A stretch of 31,922 nucleotides of DNA, taken from the IMG/VR virus record IMGVR_UViG_3300035698_027313; one strand, given 5' to 3'. The DNA is from a virus. Positions 9,380 through 18,850 of the stretch are shown here, piece after piece. Made by a program: the position numbers and the translations under genes. The notes below the pieces were generated by a model, which saw only the letters and a program-made list of their open reading frames with translations, was not told where the DNA came from and made no database searches. The stretch's first letter is position 1. Every line of letters starts with the position of its first letter.

Positions 9380-9953
9380 GATGTTTGGCGTAGTTGCGAT
9401 GGTAACAATGTGTTTGGGACAGGTGTGCGACACTCCTGTTTATGTCAATTATCGCATGGGTGAGATGCAAGAATATTCTAGGCAGTATATTGCTATTCCC
9501 TATAAAGATGGCCTCGTGAGAAAGGTGCCTGTGATCAATGGTTATGTTCCATCAATTTCTCACTTTTGTCATTGGCGTGATTGTCAATTAGTGGCAGAAA
9601 CTATTTTGTATGATTATACAATTTGTCAAACCTATGGCGATGTGATGGCAAAGTGGAGGAAAAAGTGGGCAGAAGACAAGGCTAAGCAATCGCCACCCAC
9701 ACCGGAAATTCCAAAGTTGCCCTCACCAAAACCAAAATTACTTCCTGGCCCCAGCCTTGATCCAGAGGTGCCATTAGCTCCTATAAAACCCAAGGTTCCC
9801 AGTCTTCATGTAAAGCCCAAACCTCTTGTGGAGCAAGCTCCGTGGGAGCCAGTGCCACAAGAACAGCCAGTGCCACAAGAACAGCTTGTGGCCCCGCCTG
9901 TGGGTGACCCTAGAGTGATTTTGCTTCCTACGTATCGAACAGGGAGAGATTGA
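9380..9953 (+). CDS. Secreted/lipoprotein-like protein with proline-rich C-terminal half (PVPQEQ tandem repeat)
   Basis: AAGGAGAA RBS then ATG 9380. Signal peptide 'MFGVVAMVTMCLGQVC'. C-terminal PxP-rich region. 18-nt tandem DNA repeat at 9849-9884. Confidence 0.5.
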
Positions 9954-10546
9954 TGCGATTGCATGAAGAGTATATTGGCAGGCGTGGTTTAGATATACCT
10001 TTGATTAGATATGAGGGTTGTTCTGTTGTGTTTTTGAAGTCTAAAAAGACTCCCATTTATTGGCATGTGGTGCAATTTCGTTGGGAAAGTTGCCATTGGC
10101 ATCCAGGTAATTTCAATTTAAGAACATTTCGAGTTGATCATGATGACCACAGATTTAGAGATGTTCGTCGTCCTGAAGTTATTCAATGGGATGATTACGA
10201 AAATCGACTAATGGAACTTGTACTTACTTGGCGAAAGGACTTTCATGTTGTACCCAAAGAAGAAAGTCGTTTAGCTGCTTGGTATATGTTTTTGTTGATG
10301 CATGATTCGCACTTGTCCGAAATTGTGGAAATAAAACTCGGACATAGTGTTGCTTCGCAGTTTTATTTGTGTTTGGCACAGAGTTTAGACCCCACTGGTA
10401 CATTGGAAGATCGGTGCTCAGCCGCTACTCTTGCAGAGAGCTTAGTTGCTAATTACGATTCTGATTTACCTTTGTTTGTTAGCGATTTGAGAGTGGGTTA
10501 TGTTGAAAAATACTCAGATTGGTTAGTGAAATTGATAAATGGTTAA
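9953..10546 (+). CDS. Hypothetical protein (Cys/His/Trp-rich N-terminus)
   Basis: ATG overlaps the upstream stop (TGATG). No family recognised. Confidence 0.45.
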   Translation: MRLHEEYIGRRGLDIPLIRYEGCSVVFLKSKKTPIYWHVVQFRWESCHWHPGNFNLRTFRVDHDDHRFRDVRRPEVIQWDDYENRLMELVLTWRKDFHVVPKEESRLAAWYMFLLMHDSHLSEIVEIKLGHSVASQFYLCLAQSLDPTGTLEDRCSAATLAESLVANYDSDLPLFVSDLRVGYVEKYSDWLVKLING

Positions 10547-11612
10547 AACTTACGCTCCAGCCAGAGTCGTTAATCCGTGTTCGATGCAGCACCTTGTGAG
10601 GTTGCATCCGGGTCAATCGTTTGTACTTACGTTGCCCAGAGTAAGCCTTGCTCGATCCAATGTGGAAATAGCTGGCGATAATTTGGTGTTGGAAAAGTCA
10701 ATACACAAAGTGGATGTGGAAGAATTCTTGATTTCGCCTCACCCTAGATGCTTTGAGTGGAATCCCTACTCTTCTTGCTTCTTGGGTGAAGTATGGATAG
10801 AAACAGAGAAACAGTTGTCGAAAGTTGCTGTAACCCAAGAATGCCTTGATAAAGAGAAGAACCACCACACTACTGTCATAAATCCAGATTGTTACGATAT
10901 TCGTTTACGCCCACATAACGTCTTTGAAGTAGTTCTGTATGATTTGGGCTTCACTTATAACGATGAATGGTGGTGGACCTGGAAGCCATTGAAGGATTTA
11001 GAAGTGGAGATTTTAGGCAAAGAGATATTGAGCTTATACTATCTCCAAGAACAACGCAAAGATGATCCCACCCAACCATACGCCATGTGTCCTAGAGTTG
11101 ATCCAGGGGATCACATTTGTCGCCAACATCACATGTGGTTCCGGTTTGGCCGAAACATGCTTCAGTTGTTAAAAGAAGAATCTGGCATTATTCATGTGGG
11201 TGATTTGTCTTTTGGTGGCAAAGCAAGTAAGTTCCTTCCCAACAGTCCTAAAAAGTCCATGTATACATCTCTTTATGTGGATTTCCGAAAGATTAAAACG
11301 GGGAAGGTTATGAGAACTCTTGCTATGAAAAAAAGCCATGAGTTGCCTCGTCATTTTAGTTCTCAACCATCTATTGCACCTAAGCGACAATATCCAACTT
11401 ACGGAGGTTCTTGTAAGTACCAACCCAAGAAACCTCCCTTGCCCACATTTAAGGAAGTAGTTATAAAGAAGGTCGAAAGTGATGAGTTGGAATTTGGTTG
11501 TAAGGTTGTGTCTGCACAACCATCAGCCACTCAAATGCTCACTTACAACGAATACGAAATTTTAAGTAGTTTTGGAAACGGTTGGTTACCTGAGTGGAAA
11601 ATGTGGGATTGA
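10539..11612 (+). CDS. Hypothetical protein (357 aa)
   Basis: Long ORF whose start overlaps the upstream stop. No motif recognised. Confidence 0.45.
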   Translation: MVKTYAPARVVNPCSMQHLVRLHPGQSFVLTLPRVSLARSNVEIAGDNLVLEKSIHKVDVEEFLISPHPRCFEWNPYSSCFLGEVWIETEKQLSKVAVTQECLDKEKNHHTTVINPDCYDIRLRPHNVFEVVLYDLGFTYNDEWWWTWKPLKDLEVEILGKEILSLYYLQEQRKDDPTQPYAMCPRVDPGDHICRQHHMWFRFGRNMLQLLKEESGIIHVGDLSFGGKASKFLPNSPKKSMYTSLYVDFRKIKTGKVMRTLAMKKSHELPRHFSSQPSIAPKRQYPTYGGSCKYQPKKPPLPTFKEVVIKKVESDELEFGCKVVSAQPSATQMLTYNEYEILSSFGNGWLPEWKMWD

Positions 11613-11616
11613 AAAA

Positions 11617-12231
11617 ATGGATGTGCAATTCAAAGAACCTAAAAACATAGACGCCATTGTTTCGGCTTCTTCTGGATCATTTGCTTTGGGCAATCGTCGC
11701 CCTGTGCGATTCGAGTCTTGTCGTGAGAGATTTGCGACAAAATGGAATCGTAATACAGAAGGGTTTTATTTTAAGCACGAAACTGATATTGGCAAAAACA
11801 TTGCAGCATTTATTGTTAAGACAGAGCAAATTTTGAAAGAGGAAGAATTTTCCCAATTTGCTTTAACCAATCAAAGGACTATTTTGTGGGTTGAACCAAG
11901 TAAGTTTTGGAAGCGATGCAAAATGAAACGGTCTCTTTTTACAATTCTACTTCGTACTGGGAGAAATTATCGTTTGGAGTCCGACAACTATGAAAAGGCT
12001 CTTTTTCAAGATAGTTATTCTCGTGGCACACGTCAAGCTATCATTCGGTTCTTGCTTGGTTTCACCAAATATACAGGATCACGTCCTTCAGGCACTAGCA
12101 ACCTAGAATCACATGGTTGGTACAGTTTGTTGAGAGGTAGAGATTTGAGATATATCAGACAAAATTTTGTAGCTCCCCGACGTAAGAGAGCATACAAACC
12201 TGCCACTTTAGATTTGGAGATTTGGATATAA
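11617..12231 (+). CDS. Hypothetical basic protein
   Basis: ATG at 11617 (MDVQFKEP...) follows the end of the previous gene. The longer frame from 11572 needs a TTG start. Confidence 0.4.
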   Translation: MDVQFKEPKNIDAIVSASSGSFALGNRRPVRFESCRERFATKWNRNTEGFYFKHETDIGKNIAAFIVKTEQILKEEEFSQFALTNQRTILWVEPSKFWKRCKMKRSLFTILLRTGRNYRLESDNYEKALFQDSYSRGTRQAIIRFLLGFTKYTGSRPSGTSNLESHGWYSLLRGRDLRYIRQNFVAPRRKRAYKPATLDLEIWI

Positions 12232-12238
12232 GTCAACA

Positions 12239-12757
12239 ATGGTTCTAATTAAACCTGTTCAGGGTCGTTACTATGTCAAGTGGTTGAGGAAAGATTTCAT
12301 CGACACGGTTGCATCGCTGCAATGCTATAGCACACATCGGTTTATGCCCAAAAACAAGTTCTTGGAATTGATGGGCACTGAGCCATATAGCGATGGTTTT
12401 GTGGTGACAGGTATTGCAAATCGCCCTCTTGGGTATATACTGTATCGTCATCATCCCGACGATCTCATGACCCATTTTATCGATCTGGTCGTTCATCCAG
12501 ATCATCGCCGTAAGGGCCTGGGCAAATTGTTGGTCAAGTGGATGAAAGCCCGTTTGCCCAAGAACTTCAAGGCTATTTTGGCTCCTGCTGAAGAGCACAA
12601 CACCTTGTCTCATTGTTTTCTCCAAAGCAGTGATTTCTTTGGTTATCGGGTGGTTGAGAATTTTTTTGACCAAAATGCCGCCTTCTTATTCATTTATAGT
12701 GAAGATAAACAAGAAATCAAAAGAGCGTGTTTGGGAGTAGAACACGCAAGGAGATAA
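12239..12757 (+). CDS. GNAT-family N-acetyltransferase
   Basis: Acetyl-CoA binding motif 'LVVHPDHRRKGLGKLLVKWM' (R/Q-x-x-G-x-G/A). Confidence 0.6.
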   Translation: MVLIKPVQGRYYVKWLRKDFIDTVASLQCYSTHRFMPKNKFLELMGTEPYSDGFVVTGIANRPLGYILYRHHPDDLMTHFIDLVVHPDHRRKGLGKLLVKWMKARLPKNFKAILAPAEEHNTLSHCFLQSSDFFGYRVVENFFDQNAAFLFIYSEDKQEIKRACLGVEHARR

Positions 12758-12761
12758 AAAA

Positions 12762-13430
12762 ATGAGTAATGTATTCTTTACTGCCGACACACATTTCAGG
12801 CATGGCAATATTATCAAGTATTGCAATCGACCATTTCTAGCCCCTGAAGACCAAGAGGCTTTGGAAAATCTAGGTGGCAACTGGAAAAGTGATCGGCAGA
12901 ATGGACAACCTTGGCGAATGTCTTGGGAAGCTATCAAAATGATGGATGACACTATCATTGATGGCATCAATGCAAATGTTGGAGAGGACGATACTCTTTG
13001 GCATCTAGGGGATGTGCTCTTTGCCCCCAACAATATCTACTATGCTCAAGCTGAGCGATATCGTAGACGCATCAATTGCAGGAATGTGCATTTGGTCTGG
13101 GGAAATCATGATCGAAGAACAATTGCGCCTTTGTTTGGAAAAACTCATGAGAAAGTAACAATCAGAGAAGAGGGACAAGATATTGTCGTGTCCCATGAGG
13201 CAATGGTTATTTGGGACAAGTCTCACCACAAAGCTTGGAATCTTTATGGACATTCGCACGGTGGGGCAGAGGAATGGCTTGATGAAATTATGCCTGGACG
13301 AAGGAGTATTGATGTCGGCGTGGACCACGCTTACAAATTATTTGGGGAATTTCGACCTTTTAGCCTTTCTGAGCTAAAGAATATCATGCAACACCGATCT
13401 GGACATGGTAGTATTCCAAAAACTGGTTGA
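12762..13430 (+). CDS. Calcineurin-like metallophosphoesterase (phage-type Ser/Thr or polynucleotide phosphatase)
   Basis: 'FFTADTHFRHGN' (DxH), 'WHLGDV' (GD), 'LVWGNHD' (GNHD), later 'GHSHGG'. AAGGAGA RBS. Confidence 0.8.
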   Translation: MSNVFFTADTHFRHGNIIKYCNRPFLAPEDQEALENLGGNWKSDRQNGQPWRMSWEAIKMMDDTIIDGINANVGEDDTLWHLGDVLFAPNNIYYAQAERYRRRINCRNVHLVWGNHDRRTIAPLFGKTHEKVTIREEGQDIVVSHEAMVIWDKSHHKAWNLYGHSHGGAEEWLDEIMPGRRSIDVGVDHAYKLFGEFRPFSLSELKNIMQHRSGHGSIPKTG

Positions 13431-13517
13431 TTGCAAAATTTGTACTTTACAACATCCTCAAAATGGCGTAAAATAGGATGACTCTGCAAGAAAGCAGACT
13501 AGAAAAGGAATGGAATC

Positions 13518-13805
13518 ATGGCTAAACCCAAGAAGCTGAAACCGAAAAAGGAAAAAGACAACAAGGAAAAAGAAGAGGGGTTGATTGTTGAAGGCACAAT
13601 AGTTGAAGCCCTCCGAGGTAGGTTTAAAGTACAAATCGATTCTCCAGGGGAGGAAGAGGGCGTTGATTCGGGACATGAGGTTCTGGCAACCCTTGCCGGT
13701 AAACTCAGGAAGCATTTCATCAAAATTGTTCCTGGAGACAGAGTCCGATGTGAGTTGTCTCCTTATGACTTGTCCCGTGGTCGTATCACATACCGGATGA
13801 AATGA
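13518..13805 (+). CDS. infA: Translation initiation factor IF-1-like S1/OB-fold protein with Lys-rich N-terminal extension
   Basis: '[16 protein letters not shown]...[42 protein letters not shown]' aligns by eye to bacterial IF-1 (GTV.E.L....F.V.L.NGH.V.A.ISGKMRK..I.I..GD.V..E.TPYDL.KGRI..R). Confidence 0.7.
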   Translation: MAKPKKLKPKKEKDNKEKEEGLIVEGTIVEALRGRFKVQIDSPGEEEGVDSGHEVLATLAGKLRKHFIKIVPGDRVRCELSPYDLSRGRITYRMK

Positions 13806-14002
13806 TGGACTATCATTGGCTTTTGTTGAAAACAGGAGAATTAGTCATTGGAAACAAAAGCGGAGATAGAAGCTCGTGGTCCGCTATTTGGCCCAGTGGG
13901 TCATTGGGTGCCGTGTCTGATTCTCTAATTCTTGACTCCAAGCCTATCTCAAGACCCAATACAAATTTCGAATCAACTCTTGTTGGAAAAATAGAGGAGT
14001 AG
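13802..14002 (+). CDS. Small hypothetical protein (66 aa)
   Basis: ATGATG overlapping the upstream stop. Fills the gap before ligA. Weak. Confidence 0.25.
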   Translation: MMDYHWLLLKTGELVIGNKSGDRSSWSAIWPSGSLGAVSDSLILDSKPISRPNTNFESTLVGKIEE

Positions 14003-14003
14003 C

Positions 14004-16088
14004 ATGGCAACCACAGTCGGATCTCGGGTGTTCAGAAATGCAAATGAATTGGAAAAGCTAGTCATTCATGCGGCTACGGAATATGAAGTGAATGGCTATG
14101 TCGAAGACTTCGACGGTGTTGAAGTCACTGATCCCGAGTATGATGCTCTTCTCAAAGAATTGCGAAAACTGAAGCCTGATTCTGTGGCTTTCAAAGGAAC
14201 CAGTCCCTCTACCGCTAAGTCCAAGGGCGGCGTGGTGGTGCATGATCCGCCTATGACATCTATTTCAAAGGCAGATGGGACAGAGGAAGAAAAGAAAGAT
14301 CTGTTTAATCGTTGGCTCAATGATTGTGCCACTCGGTTGGGTAGAACTGCTGCTCAATTGCAGACTGATCTCTCCATTTCCTATAAACGAGATGGTGTTG
14401 CGGCTCGTTTTAATTATGTGGACGGAGAACTCGTCAGTGCCGCTCTCAGGCCACGAGATGGGGTCAATGGCACCGACATCACCCGACACGTTAAATACCT
14501 TCAGGGCGTCCCACAGAAGCTCAGATTGTCTGTTACATTGTCGCTTAATGGCGAGATTGAATGTTGGTTGGCTGACTTTGATCAGGTTAATGTTGAGCAA
14601 GAGGCGGCAGGGAAAGATAAATACAAGAATCCTCGGAATTTTACCGCAGGGTGCATGGGGCGGGATGATCCCGAAGAGAACAAGAATGCACGTTTGCGGC
14701 TGACATTTCACTCTGTTAGCGGCTTTGATGATTGGGATGATTACTACCACACAGAGGTGGAGCGTGCCAAATGGGTCAATTGCGAAGACGGTTTGGCTCT
14801 TCAGGATGCCAACGGCAAGGGTTATTACATTCACACCCGCAAGTTCCAATACGGCTATATCGCTAAGATGGAAGATTTTGCGTCTAAATTGCCGTATTAC
14901 ACGGATGGCATTGTGATCAAAGTCAATAACCTGGATGATCAATTTAGTTTGGGACACAAAGGCGATGATCCAGTCAAGGAGCCTCGGGGAGCCATCGCTT
15001 GGAAATACAAAGAAGAGACAGCCATTGCCGAAATCTCTTCGGTGGAATGGAAGGCTTCTCGAACAGGGCGGGTGGTTCCCACGGCCATTTTCGATACACC
15101 TTTTGTTTTGGCGGATACGGATAACACCAGAGCCACTTGCAATAATTACGGTTGGATGAAAAGCATGGGCATTGGACCCGGTGCGAAGGTGCGTTGTAAG
15201 AAGGGCGGTAAGATCATTCCTAATATTATGGAGGCGATCAAACCTGTTAGCGACATTGATGCACCTACTCATTGTCCGAGTTGTGATGTTCAACTAGTTT
15301 TAAAGACCAGCCCCAGTGGTAATAAAGACCTTGTGTGCGGCAATTTGAGTTGTCCAGCCAAGCACATTCAAAGTTGGCTCTTCTACATTCAGAATTTGGG
15401 TGGGAAAGGTCTGGGTTCCGCAGCCATGGAGCAAGTTCTCAACAGTGGCAAGGTCAAACGGCTCTCCGATCTTTACGAATTGAGCGTGGGCGACCTCACA
15501 CCTCATGGGTTTTCAGAACGACAAGAATTGTTGGCTTTGGCAACCATTCACATGGTGCCCCCAGTGAAAGACGATGAAGAGTTGACGACTGCCATCGAAG
15601 ATGCAAGAGCCAAGAAACACAAGGTGTTGGCTTGGCAATTCTTTGCCGCTCTGGGAATTCCTGGTGCTGGCAAGACGGCAGGCAAAGTTTTGGTGGCTCA
15701 ATTCAAGGACTTTGATAAGATCCGTAACGCTACTGTCGAGGAACTTCTTGAAGTAGATGGCATTGGTGGCACAACCGCAGAGGCCATTTACAAGTGGTTC
15801 AAGAAGAATAGTAGGGTGGTAGATGGATTGTTGGAACATGTGGAATTGGAGCTTCCGAAGACAGGAAAACTTTCAGGCACAAACTTTGTGCTGACGGGAG
15901 CATTCGATGGCGGCAAGAAGCAATGGCAAGGAAAGATTGAGGATCTTGGGGGCAATATCCAGTCTAGTGTTGGTCAGGCCACTCATTTCCTCGTTGCTGG
16001 GGACAAAGTAGGTAAAGGTAAGACCGACAAAGCCAAGCAACACAATGTGGAAATCATCACGGTTGAAGAGTTGGAGAAAATGCTGTGA
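14004..16088 (+). CDS. ligA: NAD+-dependent DNA ligase (LigA)
   Basis: Adenylation KxDG 'SYKRDGVA'. Cys4 zinc finger 'CPSCDVQLV...CGNLSCPAK'. HhH region. C-terminal BRCT 'GTNFVLTGAF...ATHFLVAGDKVG...'. GAGGAG RBS. Confidence 0.9.
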   Translation: MATTVGSRVFRNANELEKLVIHAATEYEVNGYVEDFDGVEVTDPEYDALLKELRKLKPDSVAFKGTSPSTAKSKGGVVVHDPPMTSISKADGTEEEKKDLFNRWLNDCATRLGRTAAQLQTDLSISYKRDGVAARFNYVDGELVSAALRPRDGVNGTDITRHVKYLQGVPQKLRLSVTLSLNGEIECWLADFDQVNVEQEAAGKDKYKNPRNFTAGCMGRDDPEENKNARLRLTFHSVSGFDDWDDYYHTEVERAKWVNCEDGLALQDANGKGYYIHTRKFQYGYIAKMEDFASKLPYYTDGIVIKVNNLDDQFSLGHKGDDPVKEPRGAIAWKYKEETAIAEISSVEWKASRTGRVVPTAIFDTPFVLADTDNTRATCNNYGWMKSMGIGPGAKVRCKKGGKIIPNIMEAIKPVSDIDAPTHCPSCDVQLVLKTSPSGNKDLVCGNLSCPAKHIQSWLFYIQNLGGKGLGSAAMEQVLNSGKVKRLSDLYELSVGDLTPHGFSERQELLALATIHMVPPVKDDEELTTAIEDARAKKHKVLAWQFFAALGIPGAGKTAGKVLVAQFKDFDKIRNATVEELLEVDGIGGTTAEAIYKWFKKNSRVVDGLLEHVELELPKTGKLSGTNFVLTGAFDGGKKQWQGKIEDLGGNIQSSVGQATHFLVAGDKVGKGKTDKAKQHNVEIITVEELEKML

Positions 16089-16243
16089 GACATCATACAA
16101 CTAATCCAGCTAAGCGTGCCGAACACATTGTCAACCGGCTTGAGCAAGAGCATGAATTGGCGAAACAGGAAGATCCCTATGAGGATTGGCCTCGTTTTTG
16201 GCTCGACACTTACAACCAAATTTTACCAGAGTTGGTAGAATGA
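16085..16243 (+). CDS. Small ORF (52 aa, GTG start) translationally coupled between ligA and the next gene
   Basis: GTG overlaps the ligA stop (ATGCTGTGA) and its stop overlaps the next ATG (GAATGA). No other evidence. Confidence 0.2.
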   Translation: MRHHTTNPAKRAEHIVNRLEQEHELAKQEDPYEDWPRFWLDTYNQILPELVE

Positions 16244-16632
16244 AAAACGACATCAACAAAGCCGATTGCCCCGAATTTGACGAAGATGATTTCGAGCCTA
16301 TCCTCAAATGGGCCGAAGCTAGTGTCAAATGGTCTGACACCTTTGTTAATCCACGTACAGGGAAAGAAACTGTTCGTCCAAATATGGCTCATTGGAGTCT
16401 TGTTTGGAAGGTGGGCTTCATTGGTTGGGAAAGTTTGAGGACGGACACCGAAGAGAACAAGGAGATGGCTCGTTGTGCCTCGGCTTTGTTCATTTATTTG
16501 TGGTGTCAGAATGTTCCCGCCTCGATTGCCAGCCATTGTGCTGAGTCTTATGTGAACTTTCATGGTGGCTACGAAGTTCTCCGCAATCGTTGTTGCAACC
16601 TTCCTGAGACTTGTCCATCGTCAATCGATTAA
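16240..16632 (+). CDS. Hypothetical Cys/Trp-rich protein
   Basis: ATG at 16240 (MKNDINK...). The alternative TTG at 16186 would overlap the small ORF. Confidence 0.45.
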   Translation: MKNDINKADCPEFDEDDFEPILKWAEASVKWSDTFVNPRTGKETVRPNMAHWSLVWKVGFIGWESLRTDTEENKEMARCASALFIYLWCQNVPASIASHCAESYVNFHGGYEVLRNRCCNLPETCPSSID

Positions 16633-17057
16633 TGGAAGTGCCGAAGAGAATTCCTTTCATTAATAGCGTTTATGGAACGGTTCAACAAATCGTCAAGATG
16701 ATCAAGAAGGAAGAGGGCGATGACGATTTCAGCGGCATGGAAGTAGTCTATTGTCATTTTGGGGAAGAGGGAGGTGGATTTTTGGCTTTGTCTCCTCCCG
16801 GCACTTTTCACTTTCATCCTGGGAAGTTTGTTCGGGGCGTTTATGTTCCTACTTCACCGGTTCCCATGACTGGTGGTTTGATGTTTTGGCCTGTGCTTTA
16901 TGTTACGGTAATTCCCGACATGACAGTGGATGCGGTGATGCAGGTATACCTGTCCTTGGGAGTGTTGGCTCCTCAAGCGGTGCCTCCAATGTACCACCAT
17001 GATGTTCCCAACCTTGCGGTACTACAACAGTATCAACCCTCGAATGAAGGAGAGTGA
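16632..17057 (+). CDS. Hypothetical protein
   Basis: TAATG overlap with the upstream stop. Confidence 0.45.
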   Translation: MEVPKRIPFINSVYGTVQQIVKMIKKEEGDDDFSGMEVVYCHFGEEGGGFLALSPPGTFHFHPGKFVRGVYVPTSPVPMTGGLMFWPVLYVTVIPDMTVDAVMQVYLSLGVLAPQAVPPMYHHDVPNLAVLQQYQPSNEGE

Positions 17058-17059
17058 TT

Positions 17060-17623
17060 ATGGTTCGTTTGTTTGTGTTTTTGACAGCGTTGTGCTTGTT
17101 GGTAGCTTCTGCTAGTGCTCAGTGCGGCTCTTGGGGCAGAAGTCAAGCTTCCAGTTGTGGCACGGTCTATGATGCTTGCGGTAGCACATATAACATTGTT
17201 CAGAATGGTTGCAGTTCCACCTGCGACCCCACTGTTGATGAAGGCGAAGCTCTGGTGACGGCCCCCGACAAGGCGAATGCCACTCCGTTGCCGTCCGATT
17301 ACTACGAAGAAGACAAAAAGGTTATTCAGCAAGAAGAGGAAGAGAAGCCCAAGGCTCCGACTAAACTTTTGCATCCGGCTGGTTTCTCCAAGGTTTCTTA
17401 TGTCGAAACGGGAAATGCGACACTCATTCTGCATGTTTCACAGAATGCCAGGGTGTGGATCAATGGGCTTTTGACAACGCAAACTGGAACTGAGCGTAAA
17501 TATTACAGTCAGGGGCTCAGGGCAGATCGGCAGTACAGCTACAACGTCATGGTGGACGACAATGGTCGCCGTCGCTCGGGCGTGGCGGTTCTGACAGCCA
17601 ATCAAACCAAAACCTTACGGTAA
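17060..17623 (+). CDS. Secreted Cys-rich protein (signal peptide, 8 Cys in N-terminal 60 aa)
   Basis: AAGGAGAG RBS. Signal peptide 'MVRLFVFLTALCLLVASASAQC'. Confidence 0.5.
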   Translation: MVRLFVFLTALCLLVASASAQCGSWGRSQASSCGTVYDACGSTYNIVQNGCSSTCDPTVDEGEALVTAPDKANATPLPSDYYEEDKKVIQQEEEEKPKAPTKLLHPAGFSKVSYVETGNATLILHVSQNARVWINGLLTTQTGTERKYYSQGLRADRQYSYNVMVDDNGRRRSGVAVLTANQTKTLR

Positions 17624-17634
17624 GTTGAAAAAAT

Positions 17635-17662
17635 GGGGAGCCACATGGCTCCCCATTTTTTC
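17635..17662 (+). terminator. Rho-independent terminator (GGGGAGCCAcatGGCTCCCC + ATTTTTTCTTG)
   Basis: Perfect 9-bp GC-rich stem and T-run seen in sequence. Confidence 0.7.
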
Positions 17663-17706
17663 TTGCAATTTTAGCGAACCTAGAAGGCAGAAGACGGTCT
17701 TGTATC

Positions 17707-18090
17707 ATGGAAGACGAAATTCGGCCCCCAACTCTGGATGAGTTTTTGGCTCGAAAATATCCCTTAAACAGATATATTGACTACCCAGGATTTGACCATC
17801 TTTATGTCCGCAAGGGCAAAATCGTGGTTCACTTGAACGGGTCGGTTTGTATATGTGAGCGAGTTTTGACAGTCGCCAATGTGGAAGCTGTGGAGCCTGG
17901 ACAGGGAGCTTTCCAGAAGTTAGTAGAGGATGTAGAGTCCAGAGGTTTGGCGGTTTATGTGGAATGTGTCCACAACAAAAGCTTCGCCATACATTTGGCC
18001 CGGCTGGGTTTTACTCAGATCAACCAAGACTATGGTGCTCCAAATTTCCTACATGGTCACGAAGGGCACCTAAAAGAAATCCAAAAATAA
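17707..18090 (+). CDS. Hypothetical protein (127 aa)
   Basis: ORF after the terminator. No motif recognised. Confidence 0.45.
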   Translation: MEDEIRPPTLDEFLARKYPLNRYIDYPGFDHLYVRKGKIVVHLNGSVCICERVLTVANVEAVEPGQGAFQKLVEDVESRGLAVYVECVHNKSFAIHLARLGFTQINQDYGAPNFLHGHEGHLKEIQK

Positions 18091-18218
18091 TCTGGATTTC
18101 TTTCAAATTGCTCTTGCAAAACTGAAGAAAGAGGACTATTATACTCTCATCGTGATTGAGAAACAGTTTTGACAAAACTCACCGCCGACTACTTTTTTCG
18201 TTTTGTTGAGACAAACCT

Positions 18219-18366
18219 GGGGAAGAAGCTTATTTAGTTTCCGCTTTTTACACTCGGACGTTGTGGTCACCGGACAATGCCGTCCCCTACGGAAAAAGCA
18301 TACAAACACAGGTAAAGCACCTTTTTGAAAAATTGGAGTTTGCTGGTTCGAATCCAGCCTTCCCCG
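18219..18366 (+). ncRNA. tRNA-like element 1: acceptor-type stem GGGGAAG/CTTCCCC closing about 148 nt that end in a canonical T-arm (GCTGG-TTCGAAT-CCAGC); contains the conserved motif
   Basis: 7-bp terminal complementarity plus a perfect T-arm directly 5' of the 3' strand. No D-arm or anticodon arm at canonical spacing. Confidence 0.35.
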
Positions 18367-18506
18367 CTTGCTGTCGTCCCCCTACGGGATGAGCATACAA
18401 ACATTGTGAAGTGTTTGCCCGGCCAAGAGAGCCGGGCCACTCCTCGGAGCAATTCGAGGGGAATGCTCGCCTCACTTGGATGATTGCAACTTTTGTAAAA
18501 CACTTG

Positions 18507-18642
18507 GCCGGGGAACTTTCGAGTTCTTTTGCTTTTAGCACTTGGATAGCTCACGCTGTCCCCTACGGTAGAAGCATACAAACTTTTGGCAAAAGCAAAG
18601 CCTCATAAGCCCTGCTAGTTGGTTCGATTCCAACCCCCGGCA
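18507..18642 (+). ncRNA. tRNA-like element 2: GCCGGGG/CCCCGGC terminal stem, T-arm GTTGG-TTCGATT-CCAAC, internal CACTTGGAT and GTCCCCTACGG..CATACAAAC motif
   Basis: Seen directly. Paralogous to the element at 19070-19180 (same terminal 7-mers, same internal blocks). Confidence 0.35.
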
Positions 18643-18671
18643 CTTGTCCGTCCCCTACGCTTAAAACTTAC

Positions 18672-18747
18672 AAACAATTAGCTCAGTTGGTTGAGCGCAA
18701 CTATTCGGAAGTTGAAGTCGCTGGTTCAAGTCCAGCATTGTTGACCA
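18672..18747 (+). tRNA. tRNA-Arg (anticodon UCG), canonical cloverleaf, CCA encoded
   Basis: Acceptor AAACAAT/ATTGTTG (A1-G72 mismatch). D-arm GCTC-AGTTGGTT-GAGC. Anticodon arm CAACT-ATTCGGA-AGTTG. T-arm GCTGG-TTCAAGT-CCAGC. 3' A-CCA. Confidence 0.7.
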
Positions 18748-18797
18748 AAACAGTTTTCGGCACTTGGACGGACATAAAACATTTTTGGAGATTTCAG

Positions 18798-18826
18798 TTT
18801 ACAACCGGAATTTCCCAGCGTATAAT
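18798..18826 (+). promoter_or_regulatory. Consensus sigma70-type promoter TTTACA-N17-TATAAT upstream of the small gene
   Basis: Exact hexamers with 17-nt spacer. Followed by AGGAGG RBS and ATG at 18851. Confidence 0.6.
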
Positions 18827-18850
18827 GGAGCAGAAAGGAAGGAGGAACAA

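Noticed and set aside
12245-12673. 142-aa minus-strand ORF antisense to the GNAT gene
   Set aside because: The plus frame carries a clear acetyl-CoA-binding motif. The minus frame has no supporting signals.
14265-15293. 342-aa minus-strand ORF inside ligA
   Set aside because: Antisense to a confidently identified LigA gene with conserved motifs in the plus frame. Low-complexity translation. Typical shadow ORF.
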